The position numbers were made by a program, and so were the translations under genes. From contig CALSSJ010000023.1 of NCBI GenBank assembly GCA_943788985.1, positions 110,984 through 174,983 on the forward strand: DNA of 64,000 bases, read 5' to 3'. How positions within the stretch are numbered: the stretch's first letter is position 1; each line of letters begins with the position of its first letter. Below are positions 60,901-64,000 of this stretch, piece by piece. Source of the DNA: an uncultured Lentisphaerales bacterium (GTDB taxonomy: Bacteria > Verrucomicrobiota > Lentisphaeria > JABSQK01 > UBA12247). The notes under the pieces are model-generated. The model saw nothing but the letters and a program-made list of their open reading frames with translations, made no database searches and was not told where the DNA came from.

Positions 60901-63900
60901 ATAATCAGAGGTATGAGCACTGTCGCCAGCCGTGACGCCACCATCGTTGAAGGCGTAAGACAAGATTGCGGGGTCCGCAAGTGTACCGCGATAGAGCGTG
61001 AAGATCTGCTGGGCACTCAATGGTGCATAAAAGGACAGCTGAGAAATAAGCCCGGCATAGCCTTCACCGACGCGAGTGATAACCGGTCCTGCCCCACTAG
61101 CTGCAGGGGAATCAACCGAGACAATTCCCTCAGCGGTCGATAGATCGAGGGACGCAGACAAGCGACCGTTCATGTATAAGGTAAGAATTGCCCCATCGAA
61201 CTGAGCGGTCAGGAAGGTCCACTGATTAGCAGGCGCGTCGTCCTGGCCAGCCAGTTTGTATTCAGTATTTGTCGTCTCGCCATGGAATAGGACGTACGGA
61301 ATTCCGCCGCCATCCAGTGCCAGATTGAAGGTGTAACGGCCGGTGTCGACCGTCCGGCTTACCAATCCACCCGGTGCAGCCGCAGCTGGGTTTACCCACA
61401 AGGAGATGCTAAACGTAGGAGCCGCCAGCTCCAAGACGTCTGGAAGCTCGACATAATCAACATTGGTGAGGTCCAAGGCCCCCACAGTTACGGGGCTAGC
61501 AGGGTCGGCAGGGTCGGAGATGGGAAGCAGGTCGCTCACATCCAACTCGGCTGCGTCGTCGTTCAGACTGGTGCCCAAGTTTGCCAAAGAATTATCATCA
61601 TCCGTATTCTGAGCCCAAGGCAGCAGATTGTACTGTTGCTTCTGGAGGTTGGTAAGACCGTCAGCTGCCGCTGATAGCTCTGCACCATCGGCAAGGCCGT
61701 CTCCGTCCGTATCCTGCTCGAGAGGGTTGTTGCCAGTCAGGAATTCGTAGCGATTGGTGAGTCCGTCAGAATCCGTGTCGGCGGCTGGGTCGGTTTCGCC
61801 ATGGAGGTCTTCGAACCAGTCAGGCAAGCCGTTCGCATCGGCGTCGGGACCAGCGGTGATCGCGGCGCCATAGAAGGCGACACCGGGGGTCGCTGTTGCG
61901 CCAGCGGCCAAAGGTATCGCGAGGTTGGTGTTGCCCAGGGCAACGGCGTCTTCGGCCGAGGTACCATGGTCATCAAAGTGGTAAGCAGCAGCCAAACCAC
62001 CTGTACCAGCTGGGAGAAAGCGATTCCGCGTAGCCGCAATCTCGGACTGCGTGCGGTAGATGTCCCACACACGAACTGCATCCAAATGACCAGCGGTCAG
62101 GTCCTGGCCAAGTGCCAGGATGCCCAGGTCCCCGGCCACGTTAATCGTCGTCGGCCCAAAATCACTTCTCGTGAAGACCAACCCGTCTACCAACAACGTG
62201 AGCCGTTGTGCCCCGCTGTTCCAGGTCAACGCTATATCATGCCAGTTGGTATCGTTGATGTCTGGGCCGACCAACTCGTAGCTCGTGTAGGTGTCGTCGG
62301 TGATGTAGGCCTTGAGCACCCCGGCATCGACAGCAAGGCGGTACTGATGCCCGTTGCCAATGTCATAACCGATCAGATCGCCCGTTGTAGCCGCGGCGTC
62401 TAGCTTGGCGTGCAATTCTACGGTAAAGCCTGAGATAGCTTGGTTGCCTCGAATGACCAGATCGGTGCCGGTGTCTGAGGACTCCACGAGCGTTCCTGGT
62501 GGGGTCATCGTGCCACTCGGCCAGGAAATGGTGGTCACGTCCCAGTTATTTCCTGGTCCGGGCATGTCGAAAGGGCCAAATTGATACAGCGCTTCGTTTG
62601 CCGTGCCTTCGTGGAGCAGGATCCGTACTGTGGAGCTTGGGCTGCTGCCGTTGCTGAAGTTTCGCATGAATACGGTGTAGTCACCGTCAAGCGCCACGGT
62701 CTCCTCAACGGTAATGTTCTCTGGGCCAGTACCCGAAATATCATCGACATCCAAGGAGAATCCTGCGTAAGGAATGCGGTTTGCGTACCAGCATTGAACC
62801 CCATTCGGGTCGAACATATGCGTATCTAGGTCGCCAGCGTTATCCCACGTCTGCGTGACTCGAATCGCCGCTGGCGCGACGGTGGAGGTGATGTTCACAA
62901 AACCGTAGCCGAAAAGCCCGTCAGCATCTTCAGCTTCGACGGCAATTTCCGTGGCCCCCGAGGCAATCACCACGGTTCGGCTGAAGCTGGCTCCGGCTGG
63001 CAACGAGTCCACCAGACGTGCGTTGACATAGAGGTTGATCGCCACGATTGGAGTGGACGAGTTGACCGAGCCAGCAACATCAATAAAACGAGCGTCGGTC
63101 ACCTCGCCAACAGTTGGGGCCGTAATGGTCACTGTCGGACCCGCCACCTGGACCGTAGTACCGGTTGGAATGAAACGGGACGAGTCAGGGATAATGGTAG
63201 TCCCAGCAACGCCGAGGTCCAGGCTCCCTTCCTGATGGGCGCGACCAGCGTGGGCTGGCACAGCAACCTGACTAGCGCTATGACGTGGATTGGTCCCATT
63301 TGCCAGTTCCGTGCCGTCAGCAACCCCGTCATCGTCCGTATCGTCTAGATCAGGGCGCAAACCGTTGGTCTGCTTCTCAAGGTTGGTAAGATCAGCACTG
63401 CCGAGGCTGGGCTCGTGGCCGTCCGCTGTGCCGTTTCCGTCCGTGTCAGCCACAGTCGGATTGGTGCCAGCCCAGGCCTCCGTGATGTTCGTCAGACCGT
63501 CCTCATCGGGATCCTCGTCGGCACCGCCACTCACATTGGCAAAATAGCGAGTCTCCCACAGATCGGGCAGGCCATCGCTGTCACTATCAGTGTTGAAATA
63601 CGTGTAGGTCTCCCGGCCGATGGTAACGGAGTCAACATCCACAACAACAGCACCACTCTGCACAGTCAGCCAAGAAGAGCTATTCGTCAGCAGCCTCGTT
63701 GCGGCTGTGAGGCGGCGCGTCGGCATGTGGTCTTCGATGCGTGTCCCCGCATCGTCAAAACGGAAATAGTTGACCAGATCGCCCGCACCATCAGCGAGGC
63801 GCTGGCCACGGAAGCCGTTGATATCATCGATGGATTGAACCGCGTCCTTGATCCGCACTTCATCAATCAAGCCGATGAAGGAGTCTCCTGAAGGAGAGCC

Positions 63901-64000
63901 AATTGCCAAGAGACCCGCCGCATCTTCCAAGTCGGCTGGCGCCTGTGTGCTGGTCTGAATTACAGTGCCGCGAGCGGTGGAGTAGACCAGGAAGGTCGCT
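33910..64000 (-). CDS. Upstream segment of the giant protein (>10,000 aa; LamG, TSP3-like, 2 S8 peptidases, vWA); start lies beyond the window
   Basis: 10006-aa ORF. The frame stays open from 63930 to the window edge (ATFLVYSTARGTVIQTSTQAPAD-LED), so TTG 63930 is not the real start. Confidence 0.92.
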   Translation of the reverse strand, partial: ATFLVYSTARGTVIQTSTQAPADLEDAAGLLAIGSPSGDSFIGLIDEVRIKDAVQSIDDINGFRGQRLADGAGDLVNYFRFDDAGTRIEDHMPTRRLTAATRLLTNSSSWLTVQSGAVVVDVDSVTIGRETYTYFNTDSDSDGLPDLWETRYFANVSGGADEDPDEDGLTNITEAWAGTNPTVADTDGNGTADGHEPSLGSADLTNLEKQTNGLRPDLDDTDDDGVADGTELANGTNPRHSASQVAVPAHAGRAHQEGSLDLGVAGTTIIPDSSRFIPTGTTVQVAGPTVTITAPTVGEVTDARFIDVAGSVNSSTPIVAINLYVNARLVDSLPAGASFSRTVVIASGATEIAVEAEDADGLFGYGFVNITSTVAPAAIRVTQTWDNAGDLDTHMFDPNGVQCWYANRIPYAGFSLDVDDISGTGPENITVEETVALDGDYTVFMRNFSNGSSPSSTVRILLHEGTANEALYQFGPFDMPGPGNNWDVTTISWPSGTMTPPGTLVESSDTGTDLVIRGNQAISGFTVELHAKLDAAATTGDLIGYDIGNGHQYRLAVDAGVLKAYITDDTYTSYELVGPDINDTNWHDIALTWNSGAQRLTLLVDGLVFTRSDFGPTTINVAGDLGILALGQDLTAGHLDAVRVWDIYRTQSEIAATRNRFLPAGTGGLAAAYHFDDHGTSAEDAVALGNTNLAIPLAAGATATPGVAFYGAAITAGPDADANGLPDWFEDLHGETDPAADTDSDGLTNRYEFLTGNNPLEQDTDGDGLADGAELSAAADGLTNLQKQQYNLLPWAQNTDDDNSLANLGTSLNDDAAELDVSDLLPISDPADPASPVTVGALDLTNVDYVELPDVLELAAPTFSISLWVNPAAAAPGGLVSRTVDTGRYTFNLALDGGGIPYVLFHGETTNTEYKLAGQDDAPANQWTFLTAQFDGAILTLYMNGRLSASLDLSTAEGIVSVDSPAASGAGPVITRVGEGYAGLISQLSFYAPLSAQQIFTLYRGTLADPAILSYAFNDGGVTAGDSAHTSDYAEDWRHAGVPVSSLSTTPVVPGDLEWRQVLGTTLADFTAGTDMAPRYDQDADGLTLAQEDVLGTRPDRADTDDDGRNDGEEYSFTASSDGTHPNYSMSGTSVRGRALNIGAAGAVPLPTPERFYHAGASWTVEMWVYPTTATETGSLFRYTISETAQTELGLQANTPFVRFDSGVLGKGRAYSLTGAFALPEDSWSHVAAVWDASAENLFLYINGESAIDYATVNEGHPGEALSQVSPVTVSSIDADAHQALLGAASFEVAVDEVRFWNVARSLSAVASTRNTMVNDTSSLLAYYRFDDGGSTVEDFAWPYRNTANLLSSVRSLSGGLITYQPEDYSWQAGGVFDVATRPTSVDAMAPIYTAAMNRTVEETANTISKDIYIDDSNGDGLPDWYQALYGAAAATADVDTDGDGITAWNEYLGHTDPTKIDTDGNGEADGLDDSDSDGRTLADEQALGSYANLHDTDDDGVPDGADLAPVNALLPAKTAALLLDGTGYLVPPANAALNATSWTIGLWIKPDPAENDGAVLVRRAHLKVGENDQTSYEFGLTTDNKLYASMVSRDGLTLSVEGARVIQPSIWQHVAGQYDAVSGRLTVFVNGVAEFAAFGTATMGVDSERMVEHRIGAGFTGLIDDITIASSAQAVSPYADVTSLSSATRLFYHFNDGGQLIQDFADSAPGWTTGWASAPTSVNGTVVLDQGIASPDLSLDADNDGVPDWWERLHYGDTSRDGTFDGDNDGLTDLYEYLAGLNPHSPVSLNDGVADGNSDLDSDGLTNLEEQANSTLPLTADTDDDGLLDGEEVSGIDNAATAAQPSASSDPASSLSPVVPRAFALDGNGDYISLPNSERLVNATWTVEASIRLNAGETDGGTIVRGASEAMINYHVALAGDLRPYAEFTFGQPDGSLGLIQVGGSVTQDLQAGVFHQWHADADTLIQTERWTHIAATFDPAAGLFVLYIDGAAVATRSNVTVQPTALAGQSATATVGAPGPGATLGQSFHGHIDDVRIWGTALSAAQIQNGFQFGLDDQVSVPAASVEQQLAHPHEAQQLHIGFASGMDAQTREAILASAGLTKLSRHESINANLVEVANGDDMAAKMTALAGTPGVRYVEPNYILTASAFPNDPRFDELWGLHNTGQTGGIDDADIDGPEIWDQNTGSRDVIVGIIDTGVDYNHEDLAANMWTNPGETPGNGIDDDGNGLVDDVYGWDWVDNDNDPVSEDVGVHHGTHVAGTVGAVGDNGVGVTGVSWNVQLMALRFLGANGSGLLSDAISAINYATAQGATLTCNSWGGGGFSQAMVDAIAAAGDAGQLFVAAAGNDGSDNDANPAYPASYDLDNIISVAATNSSDALAGFSNWGLTTVDLAAPGVAILSTQAGNTYGTLSGTSMATPHVAGAAALIHAGNPNATWEDVKATLLDSTDAVSALDGRMVTGGRLNVGNALVAPARGLVAYLRADDGTSQNPGADGVWGSGDIVNGEAGSQQGQAEDFTVARDWLNGWENAATLHGSVAFADVTGVLLQDNDGDGMPDLWERQHGLDWTSAADALTDADSDGLNNWYEYLAGTDPNRADTDYDGLSDADESADTDALTNLEEQTLGTHPDAIDTDDDGYNDDVEVAAGTSATDASTPQHARALALPTATGYLAIAPATVTALSSFTVEAMVRPDAVNGIIFARRLGAGRANVALSLNGWSPVVSVTQLDGSAVVLPVPGRRALAPHAWSHLGATYDEATGTLNLYINGDLVATTTAAALLTEAPGAVTVIAGEGVTGQMDDLRVWTSVRDAEMAQAGAATVDEADPALLANFSFNDGGISAQNGLLSDSTPWFNGWQTAGTLVGAANFANEAGSELTDSDTDGDGMPNWWEVANGLDPADAADATADPDADDLNNLYEFWAGTNPNNNASINPAILDGRLNSDGDALLNKEEQLHGTRPDLADTDDDGIDDSTEINAGTNPRYASSQLADALDAGRAQVERSLDLSVSGPVILPNGAAHNAGGGDWTIEFYAQLGADKTGELVAYDFGGGFQYKIDLSAGALQVTVTDVMYNDHTLAGAVINDSDWHAIAVVWDSANRVLTAYVDGLVFSEDDFGDEPLVIGSGNGALVFGRDLADGRLDAIRSWSVARNQAEIAANRAYLLPVGEAGLVAAYHFDDAGESAQSATATTDESMAIALPAGSMTAPGVAIYGQGVTSGHDSDSDGLPDWFEDLYGEMDGNSDADGDLLTARWEYFANTNPTESDTDGNGTNDANEDALPVQAYPGQGTNMTNLDKQTAGLYPWLLNNDDDNSIANLTTTPADDAAELDTQFPADPTAPTNPADASSQEYPAGALQLAAADYLSIPDSLELANGTFAISAWINPTTLAESTILHRSIGGGRATFVLGLTATGHPYVGYTGETTGSVQQFYSLTPVAVNTWTQIGAAFDGTTLTLYRNGRVEATNDLAVPADLAATSGPGPITLRAGEGFTGQIIELSIGSGVTDSDAYAAYLDGTAGGSAIRRFALKDGGTTAASDLHPNDNAEGWRHAGIPVVTAPEWRVLHAEADLPRYDQDGDGLTGAEEDFYGTRRDSADSDDDGITDGDEVAQGSHPAYSDSGWDPVDDDKRIRSRHLDLGLSGRVTLPMPARFDRQGGSWTIEMWVDPQAPGQTGALFQHTVHHVRQMELGLDGGTPYVLFEDNLAEPRVFRVDGAFALPVDRWTHIAASWNAATPNLTLVVDGVSVSDYVTESDVNDISLSGVRPVSDPTANEFEHAAYLGSVGMTARVDEVRVWLTALTPAQIDANKSLAALTNEQGLGGLTELLAHYRFDDGGGTVEDHAWPQRGAAATPFASRELGSTVVDVSASVVIDGVTLPNGNISFADAVVAYENGSPGTNTQTDTSQALGSPELLDSGRARGAVSLGIGGSLTVQFVDNVLVPDGTSGVDIWVFEVGRLVEPVMVEISADGETWVAVGSTSGATSGVDIDPFVASDAQFSYLRLTDPGESRGGANVPGADIDAIAAVSTAPVIVPPTVSYSPLDYVFATAGVTHVGSAAPLHGQGMNLTNHELGNGILGGEHVLDSDGNGLPDWFEAFYPDSTISTSDEDNDGITALYEYQSGLNPTLTDTDGNGTADGDEDPDSDGLTVLEEQTAGTLGYAADTDEDGLDDGNDPNPTNSLDPHVNRALALTDGQQVIIEPSSAFEPSNGWSIEMWVRLDAGETDATLFARSSGGAPHYAMGIRSSRLYAEYVTEEGVLQTTWAFRQLITETWFHVAAVYDPALNAMILYVNGTEEWRETMSVPPSRDASLQITQVIGGDLNGRVDDVRIWTQAVSVDPFAGTSVDYPVVPTTGLAAYYRFDDEGLLIQNFAASAASEWATGWPSSPIREGGLIDEPGAPIADAITFDTDNDQLPDWWELAFLGDLSQDGSGDQDGDSVTNLYEYLAALDPTRVRTENLGLDDGDRDIDSDGLTVLEEQTAGTSPASIDTDDDGLSDAEEIFGVNDIYGVITTADPGGAATNPADSLSPAISRSLWFDGSDDYLAIPRQPRHLLSTWTIEMWIKPGVELDGAILARNLIGNGISNFEFGLEPLSSSLAPYAQYQVQQPNGTLKEYKVGGTQLDIPALGIFHTWHALTDGLVTANQWSHLSAVIDPANESMTLYVNGLLVAERTNVTAGPDLSQGLAGQVTIGGIPSGAGAQMFAGQIDDVRIWNVARPIDQLAAVDVADSSAGLVLSMRADDGSSLAEASVEDFTVAQDWLTNWSAAGILRNGAAIVLDETVRAPDSDGDGMPDSWETDNGLNPLVDDAAGDADNDGLTNLGEFLTGNNPNERDSNFDGLRDALEDFDNDGLANGDEEIHATLPHVADTDDDGVNDGTEVNSVPPTSPLHAMHQAVGTANAALPQRSLSLAAGEVAFNGHASLATLGDAWTVEVSAKLDTQATGELVSYNSVDGTQFAIEVINGRPRIRFTDLQRGTMVALACEQQIGDDAWHTVVATWNGPAQELHLYVDAQVVSRIGDDFGFATVSPVSGLGTLRIGHQLTSGFVDEIRVWNVARLRAELADAAGLLQAAGTSGLLLNYRFDDGGTAASDFANVANDDLALPVTAGAMTSTEFAPFVPAAGSVDDSDQDLLPDYFEHLLGLDPTVADTDDNQISDGQEDPDGDTLTNLWEFYAGTNPLEADTNGDGTADGDELAAAADGMTNFDKQRFATLPWTSDADDDEVTDSNEVIGHSNPLSSDSPVRPANGVLELAAGDYLEIPSSLNHVTDSVAVGVWVYPTASGPATIVRRSVGAGRHSFQLAVDAADIPYALVHGEESNAEYGTTDTQALPLNQWTHVALQFNSETGLMTQYRNGRMVDSIELGVAADIPATSGAGPVETHAGEAFAGRMSELRINAGAMEDTAIYTWYDSGQQRSSSAVDLVFVIDVSGSMGGPITRVKTNVAAFVTELEARNLDVLIGGIRYSDTLTGGGFRDTAPDGAGLYGTAQEFLDGWLTPLPLQGGGDWAEDGLGGITVALDGDQFTTNGFRSNATPVLILVTDAPIKDTEDGDRGALQSRADVIARMKADRVVLHAIHNPSTNPDVTELVAATGGLEVLINSDDYSAIFETLSARIAAQVGGGGASSSFYRLSDGGETAEDSAQAIDYLEGWRHAAIPHVAGTWRTVLSDEDALRNDQDSDGLTQVEETALGTRTDLADTDDDGIPDGQEFDANETDDDLTHPGFSMSGTNVRGRALDVSVSGEVTLPLADRFDRLAGSWTLEAWVQPDTGTEDGSILQSTINGAVQYELGLAAGKPYVWFNSNPPVFISYRVTSQLPLVAGTWSHVAGAWDADAETLTLTVNGVTVYDYATEIENTNAPLLAGVAPFTAPDAFAEFGASMGSDALDARLDEVRVWAVARSQEELDAGRLGYVQANQQDLVAYYRFDDGGVTVEDFAWQLYHVPGSATNQRPSPTVAGESVAYSPYDYVVAVESGDVIEANAPLHVSGGLANAVTWSIAADDADGDGISDWYEDLYSGSPTGLGAATDDDGDQLLALHEFYNRTSPLAVDSDGDDISDAGRDRDGDGLSALAEQLRGTRADLADTDDDGVEDGADEDPLDARVPFTNRALSLDGGGYLSLPTTLDYQLDDSWTIEMWVKLGAEDGNAVLLRRTLIDDLADADNTTAGQANYELGLNNFQVYARFQDSNGVARSATSNLSLPTGAWQHVAGSYNHTTKELTVYVNGVADWTAPATGLTSNTVDVRRAPVQRVGENFVGLIDEVALWSTAIVPVPGGSLGSAGLTGSGNLVAYFRFDDGGSWIEDMSGVNSPGWETGWKGAPTLVNASITTDGAPVRLPSADSDGDGLPDAWELAHFGSTTAYDGTGDPDDDGLTNRYEYLAELDPNAVRTNNISIDDGQRDLDNDGLTNLQEQEHGTLPLVVDTDDDGLTDGEEVTGANDYNGQTTTQDTKDLTSDPTDSLSPIYQRVLSFDGTDDRMAVPNQTRHILSAWTVEAMIKPAVGEDDGGVLITNLLSNGDLNYELGLRLESGALVPYARFDNRETDGSIRSYSVGANTTHDPALGVWHVWLKDSSFLIPLETWTHVAATFEPETGELNLYVAGDLVAQRSRLTVLANHAAGLASGVSVGGPLDGIGDGSDSDLYFGGLMDEVRIWAAARTATDIAQGYGSELPRRSFSNVAPIAAAEMLSHDHVADELLVGFDDSVSAEVRADIQAQLGVEVVATSQSGMQQVRILDGSELAEKIFQYRSTPGVRYAEPNYVISINRQANDPSFDRLWGLHNTGQTGGVDDIDIDAPEAWDISTGARSVIVGVIDTGVDWDHEDLAANMWVNSGEIAGNGIDDDGNGYIDDVHGYDFVNNDGDPDDDHSHGTHCAGTIGAVGNNGVGVVGVNWDVRIMALKFLGASGSGSTAGAILAVDYATDNGATLTNNSWGGGGFSQALEDAITRARDANSLFVAAAGNNGSDNDANPFYPANYEVENIVSVAAIDASGNLAGFSNYGVATVDLGAPGVDIYSTEPGDQYGTKSGTSMASPHVAGAAAMVYARRPGGSYAAVKAALLGSVVALPALDGRVGTGGMLNLPGAIGTSAGGLVAYFRADDSSSQSLPGVEDFTIDSDWLTEWSHAGTLLNGASIIDGSGITLLDEDGDDIVDLWEIRFGYSPASAADRDLDEDGDGLSNAYEYWSGTSPLHVDTDFDGINDADEDKDGDGLSNGQEMDRLLRPDLKDTDDDGYRDGDLGEYARDDHQHRTSPRYSMAQPYFQAKSLDLSVAAAGMTGLNRQWSGIELPRRGRFAAGLATIELWFNRGNDADGAIVSQKVLDIRGGAILELGIEDGRPYARFESETMAEYKAGGDGVAGVLQEGEWHHLAAAYDEQAGSITLLIDGLNEFAQAMPDGRITGALSAAYLGGAGTDDGDRVLTSGLIDDVRLWTTLRTFGEIIGTSRELLLEGSTPGLAAHYRFDDGGLSIEDFTVPNRGLTVSQAVAIVAADFGVIDTDGDGSADWFSLDAATILGTPAGSEPSAGEFRAPADDSDFDGLPDWWEEFHFLGAYQAYPKGWRLSNTPFGSQGVDTHVLSQGPDNAFFVRDYSNGWVSTSSTFQIAIVHDGTIEDVYINGTRLPAKDSLFWPIDSPVSLVRRSGNGQQVSNYRGNGPGMTVIPFDFEGEPPPRLRASVEISNANGIGHFDCSVYQTDGAGWADVAPITEVSGIEFHSTFGELAQQRLPSNEWYVYGAVGEETIQPPVDARDFLWHRFLYGLENRNDAQAAPAADSDDDGLVNYFELLFGTDPLSNDSNNNGILDADEDSDGDGLRNLDEQTLALNGDGEVIGILGTSPSRVDTDGDGVADSREIRENGQGEDANLPHEQRALRTNGAADSYLIVPAEGRLGSAEARLTSWSVGGWVRPDTGDTAGYLVRRDLRNADGSARHNFALGYDDANPATNAAAGVYPFIAYHDSLAGGEVKLYGIRLIADSLTWTHLSATYDAATHHLTLYVNGDRVNFAESAASSATNGAGPTIQRAGEGVAGLIDDIFIAQRSLSTAEIQTLRDTSRGLPFQVAALYRFDDGPIVTEVADVAAVFALPEQSGVVRDLSTGSHYINIGAFFAAGTNGWVPTSRPLATNIAVVRDWRNADLHAGIPVGAATAVGAETANPVADSDGDGLPDSWETAYGLSPSDATGDHGADGDIDQDGLSNLSEYLLNLSPLDQDSDDNGILDGNEDSDGDGLLNSDEIAKGLNPATPDSDDDGLTDAEEEVGTSDPTDSTDPSAARVLELPGDAVSFAIVRGDRTQDKLDLKACVIEAWVRPAGTGAGEIVSKRREADGYINFLLGIDADNHAYVEYQTESGLLRSMTLGGDPLPAEKWSHLAVILNGSIIGGEVRTSDLTLIAYQPGEGELEGTFITNTITEATSAVPATGTGDLVIGMGFAGHLDDVRIWNGLNMIITADFIAGNRDQAVAAGAYDTTQLAADFRFDDGQALRALMYLDGTGDGYDATDAIWEDDGDRVYNSANDTVIRGLIAEDTAASGILSFATLANNSDGIYYNVGDDLWLDDGDGIYEANKDQLIVGDPAAGDRGTPYVLGAEDFTARQDARASARLSGTAIITAAIATPGEEDFDGDGIPDAWELFYFDDLTVAGFGTDGIPTDFDSDGLWDNYEYLAGTNPTVDDTDNDGTTDPMEDPDDDGLINIAEQTVSTRPDLADTDDDGVNDRLEVTGDPLDTGTESFALITSPLFSMAHYDAAAPLNADGSLAFTPSLSLDLAVVSAAGNDTGLIVPESGRFHRPSTDMTFELQIAPGSDLDGAILAYVVDGASTVELGLEGGHPYARFTTVQGDLVTAGGAVAEALVEDEWTHLAVVVSAATQGIELVINGTHVYGAASLLDRISGVGTLYIGSDGSSAHALTDGLLDEIRVWSVARTTTQLLVQADVHQTSTDLVAYWRFDDGGLAIEDFVFAYPRPEATDYQLNSTDFSVLDADGDQHADWVTRDNAFGASGIDDADGDTIPDWWEHLIGGTIRSVNPLDDPDGDGVPNVHEFLLGLNPNAADSNNNGVPDGEEDHDEDGLTNGREATRGTNPTLVDSDDDGHNDFEEAVGGFSPIRAESHPNAQRGSLNLAGLSGAASPVNSNHILLGDNGWTIETWYLPSASDLTYSADQDVLLLGTPTVNATREISQVSYYNDPIDSANDAAWVDWLADGLDATDLILVGTPTGEVTDVIGLSFVVYVDDNDGGSPYDHVWLDNGDRRFVEADDVVLSGAPAEAAVLTDTVHSIVVDPADTPDNGSDDVVWLDAGGDVTPTGDLIALKSDSGDSLYLSLIDGRPQGSLRRGNIVLAEAGGDHIAPLVPGRWEHLAIVWAPEDNSIRLVRNGVLLIAQQNSVTSITGPVTLEIGEVGVGYMDDIRIWDGERPELAIANDLNTAIVTDSVANIAPFEPELIAQELDGATFATRNIYESAYTLLAYFQFDDGGVYANDALRSVDLDRALSAVQTNSHFAPVELSNDADGDGLPDWWVDQHELSTFPDNTTYDVGIFRQDLNVDGFVTDTDTTGWSTGVLNGAITSTVLNLNAPMVNDPGHIFRDFLAYGSIGSESARSAVMMDSGKFLALLKYIELARIPGTAPLEFDLVNSDILELYINGEEILGGATSVGTGRFTVNIAQYLEVGRNQIYAVLADVSGSTQSMLVTAPGFYTLIIPNGDPSAILQPWAPQLHTWPRANMSVAIGLVMDGTPVIVRGDDSDYDTRAVWYGRAATFLDDVTPVDRLGRTPPDPNFGFLNTDTDGFSNAYEFLSGSNPRDEDSDNDGISDPEEDTDDDGITDGQEQELGTHPLLGDTDDDGFADGVEITLGSDPTDGNSRPLATAADAYKALSLDGRGYLELPNSADYSLPSWTLEMWVRPDVDSDGVLFQRVIGTEPVLVVSKGLRLNVDGTVTVYFTKADGGDEISATSLSAIARDGETWTHVAGSFDLATRTLSLVVDGELVATTTSGVPSPQSGPGPISIRAGETYEGLVDELRLWAGALTPATILGPQGCRTQPRRGEPGGLLPLR
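42780..43990 (-). other. Subtilisin S8 domain 2 with pro-domain
   Basis: VRYAEPNY, ANDPSF..LWGL, VIDTGVDW (about 43586), SHGTHCAG (about 43421), AAAGN and GTSMASPHVAG (about 42941). Confidence 0.92.
47160..47770 (-). other. von Willebrand factor A domain
   Basis: VDLVFVIDVSGSM (MIDAS DxSxS), GGGDWAEDG, FR..ATPVLILVTDAP and ATGG. Confidence 0.85.
56585..57800 (-). other. Subtilisin S8 domain 1 with N-terminal pro-domain
   Basis: VRYVEPNY, PNDPRF..LWGL, IIDTGVDY (Asp about 57404), HHGTHVAG (His about 57230), AAAGN and GTSMATPHVAG (Ser about 56750). Confidence 0.92.
62490..63145 (-). other. Ig-like plus YfaP/DUF2135-like unit, copy 1
   Basis: PTVTITAP...V.G...LYVN...GATEIAVEAED followed by IRVTQTWD..GDLDTH..DP.G...LDVDDISGTGPENI. 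Confidence 0.65.

Noticed and set aside
13063..64000. Many overlapping + strand and off-frame ORFs up to ~450 aa (e.g. 12721-13857, 23536-24801, 27658-29001)
   Set aside because: Antisense shadows of a strongly codon-biased gene; they carry no recognisable motifs.
13063..64000. RTX toxin, intein or NRPS/PKS explanation for the giant ORF
   Set aside because: No GGxGxDxL nonapeptide arrays, Hint motifs, or A/C/KS domain motifs were seen.

Overview
GC-rich (about 60%) bacterial DNA. A PVC-like lineage such as Lentisphaerae is plausible but only inferred. Bases 1-13 kb are housekeeping genes: V-type ATPase E/DUF2764/A, murE, a YugP-like Zn peptidase, fumC, a UvrD/PcrA helicase, aat, a membrane-anchored hypothetical, a glucuronokinase-like GHMP kinase and pyk. 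Several of these carry homopolymer indels that look like long-read errors. From 13,063 to the window edge, the minus strand holds what is very probably ONE giant gene of at least about 16,980 codons. It is split into three ORFs by a +1 and a -1 single-base indel, and its start lies outside the window. The protein has about 35 LamG/ConA-like modules alternating with Asp-rich TSP3-like Ca-binding repeats. Inserted into this scaffold are three complete pro-peptide plus subtilisin (S8) cassettes, a vWA domain, two Ig+YfaP/DUF2135-like units and other domains. Part of the scaffold is a three-fold, five-module super-repeat. Separately, a 15-bp palindrome TTGCG-N5-CGCAA recurs in coding and intergenic DNA, mostly in the first 11 kb.
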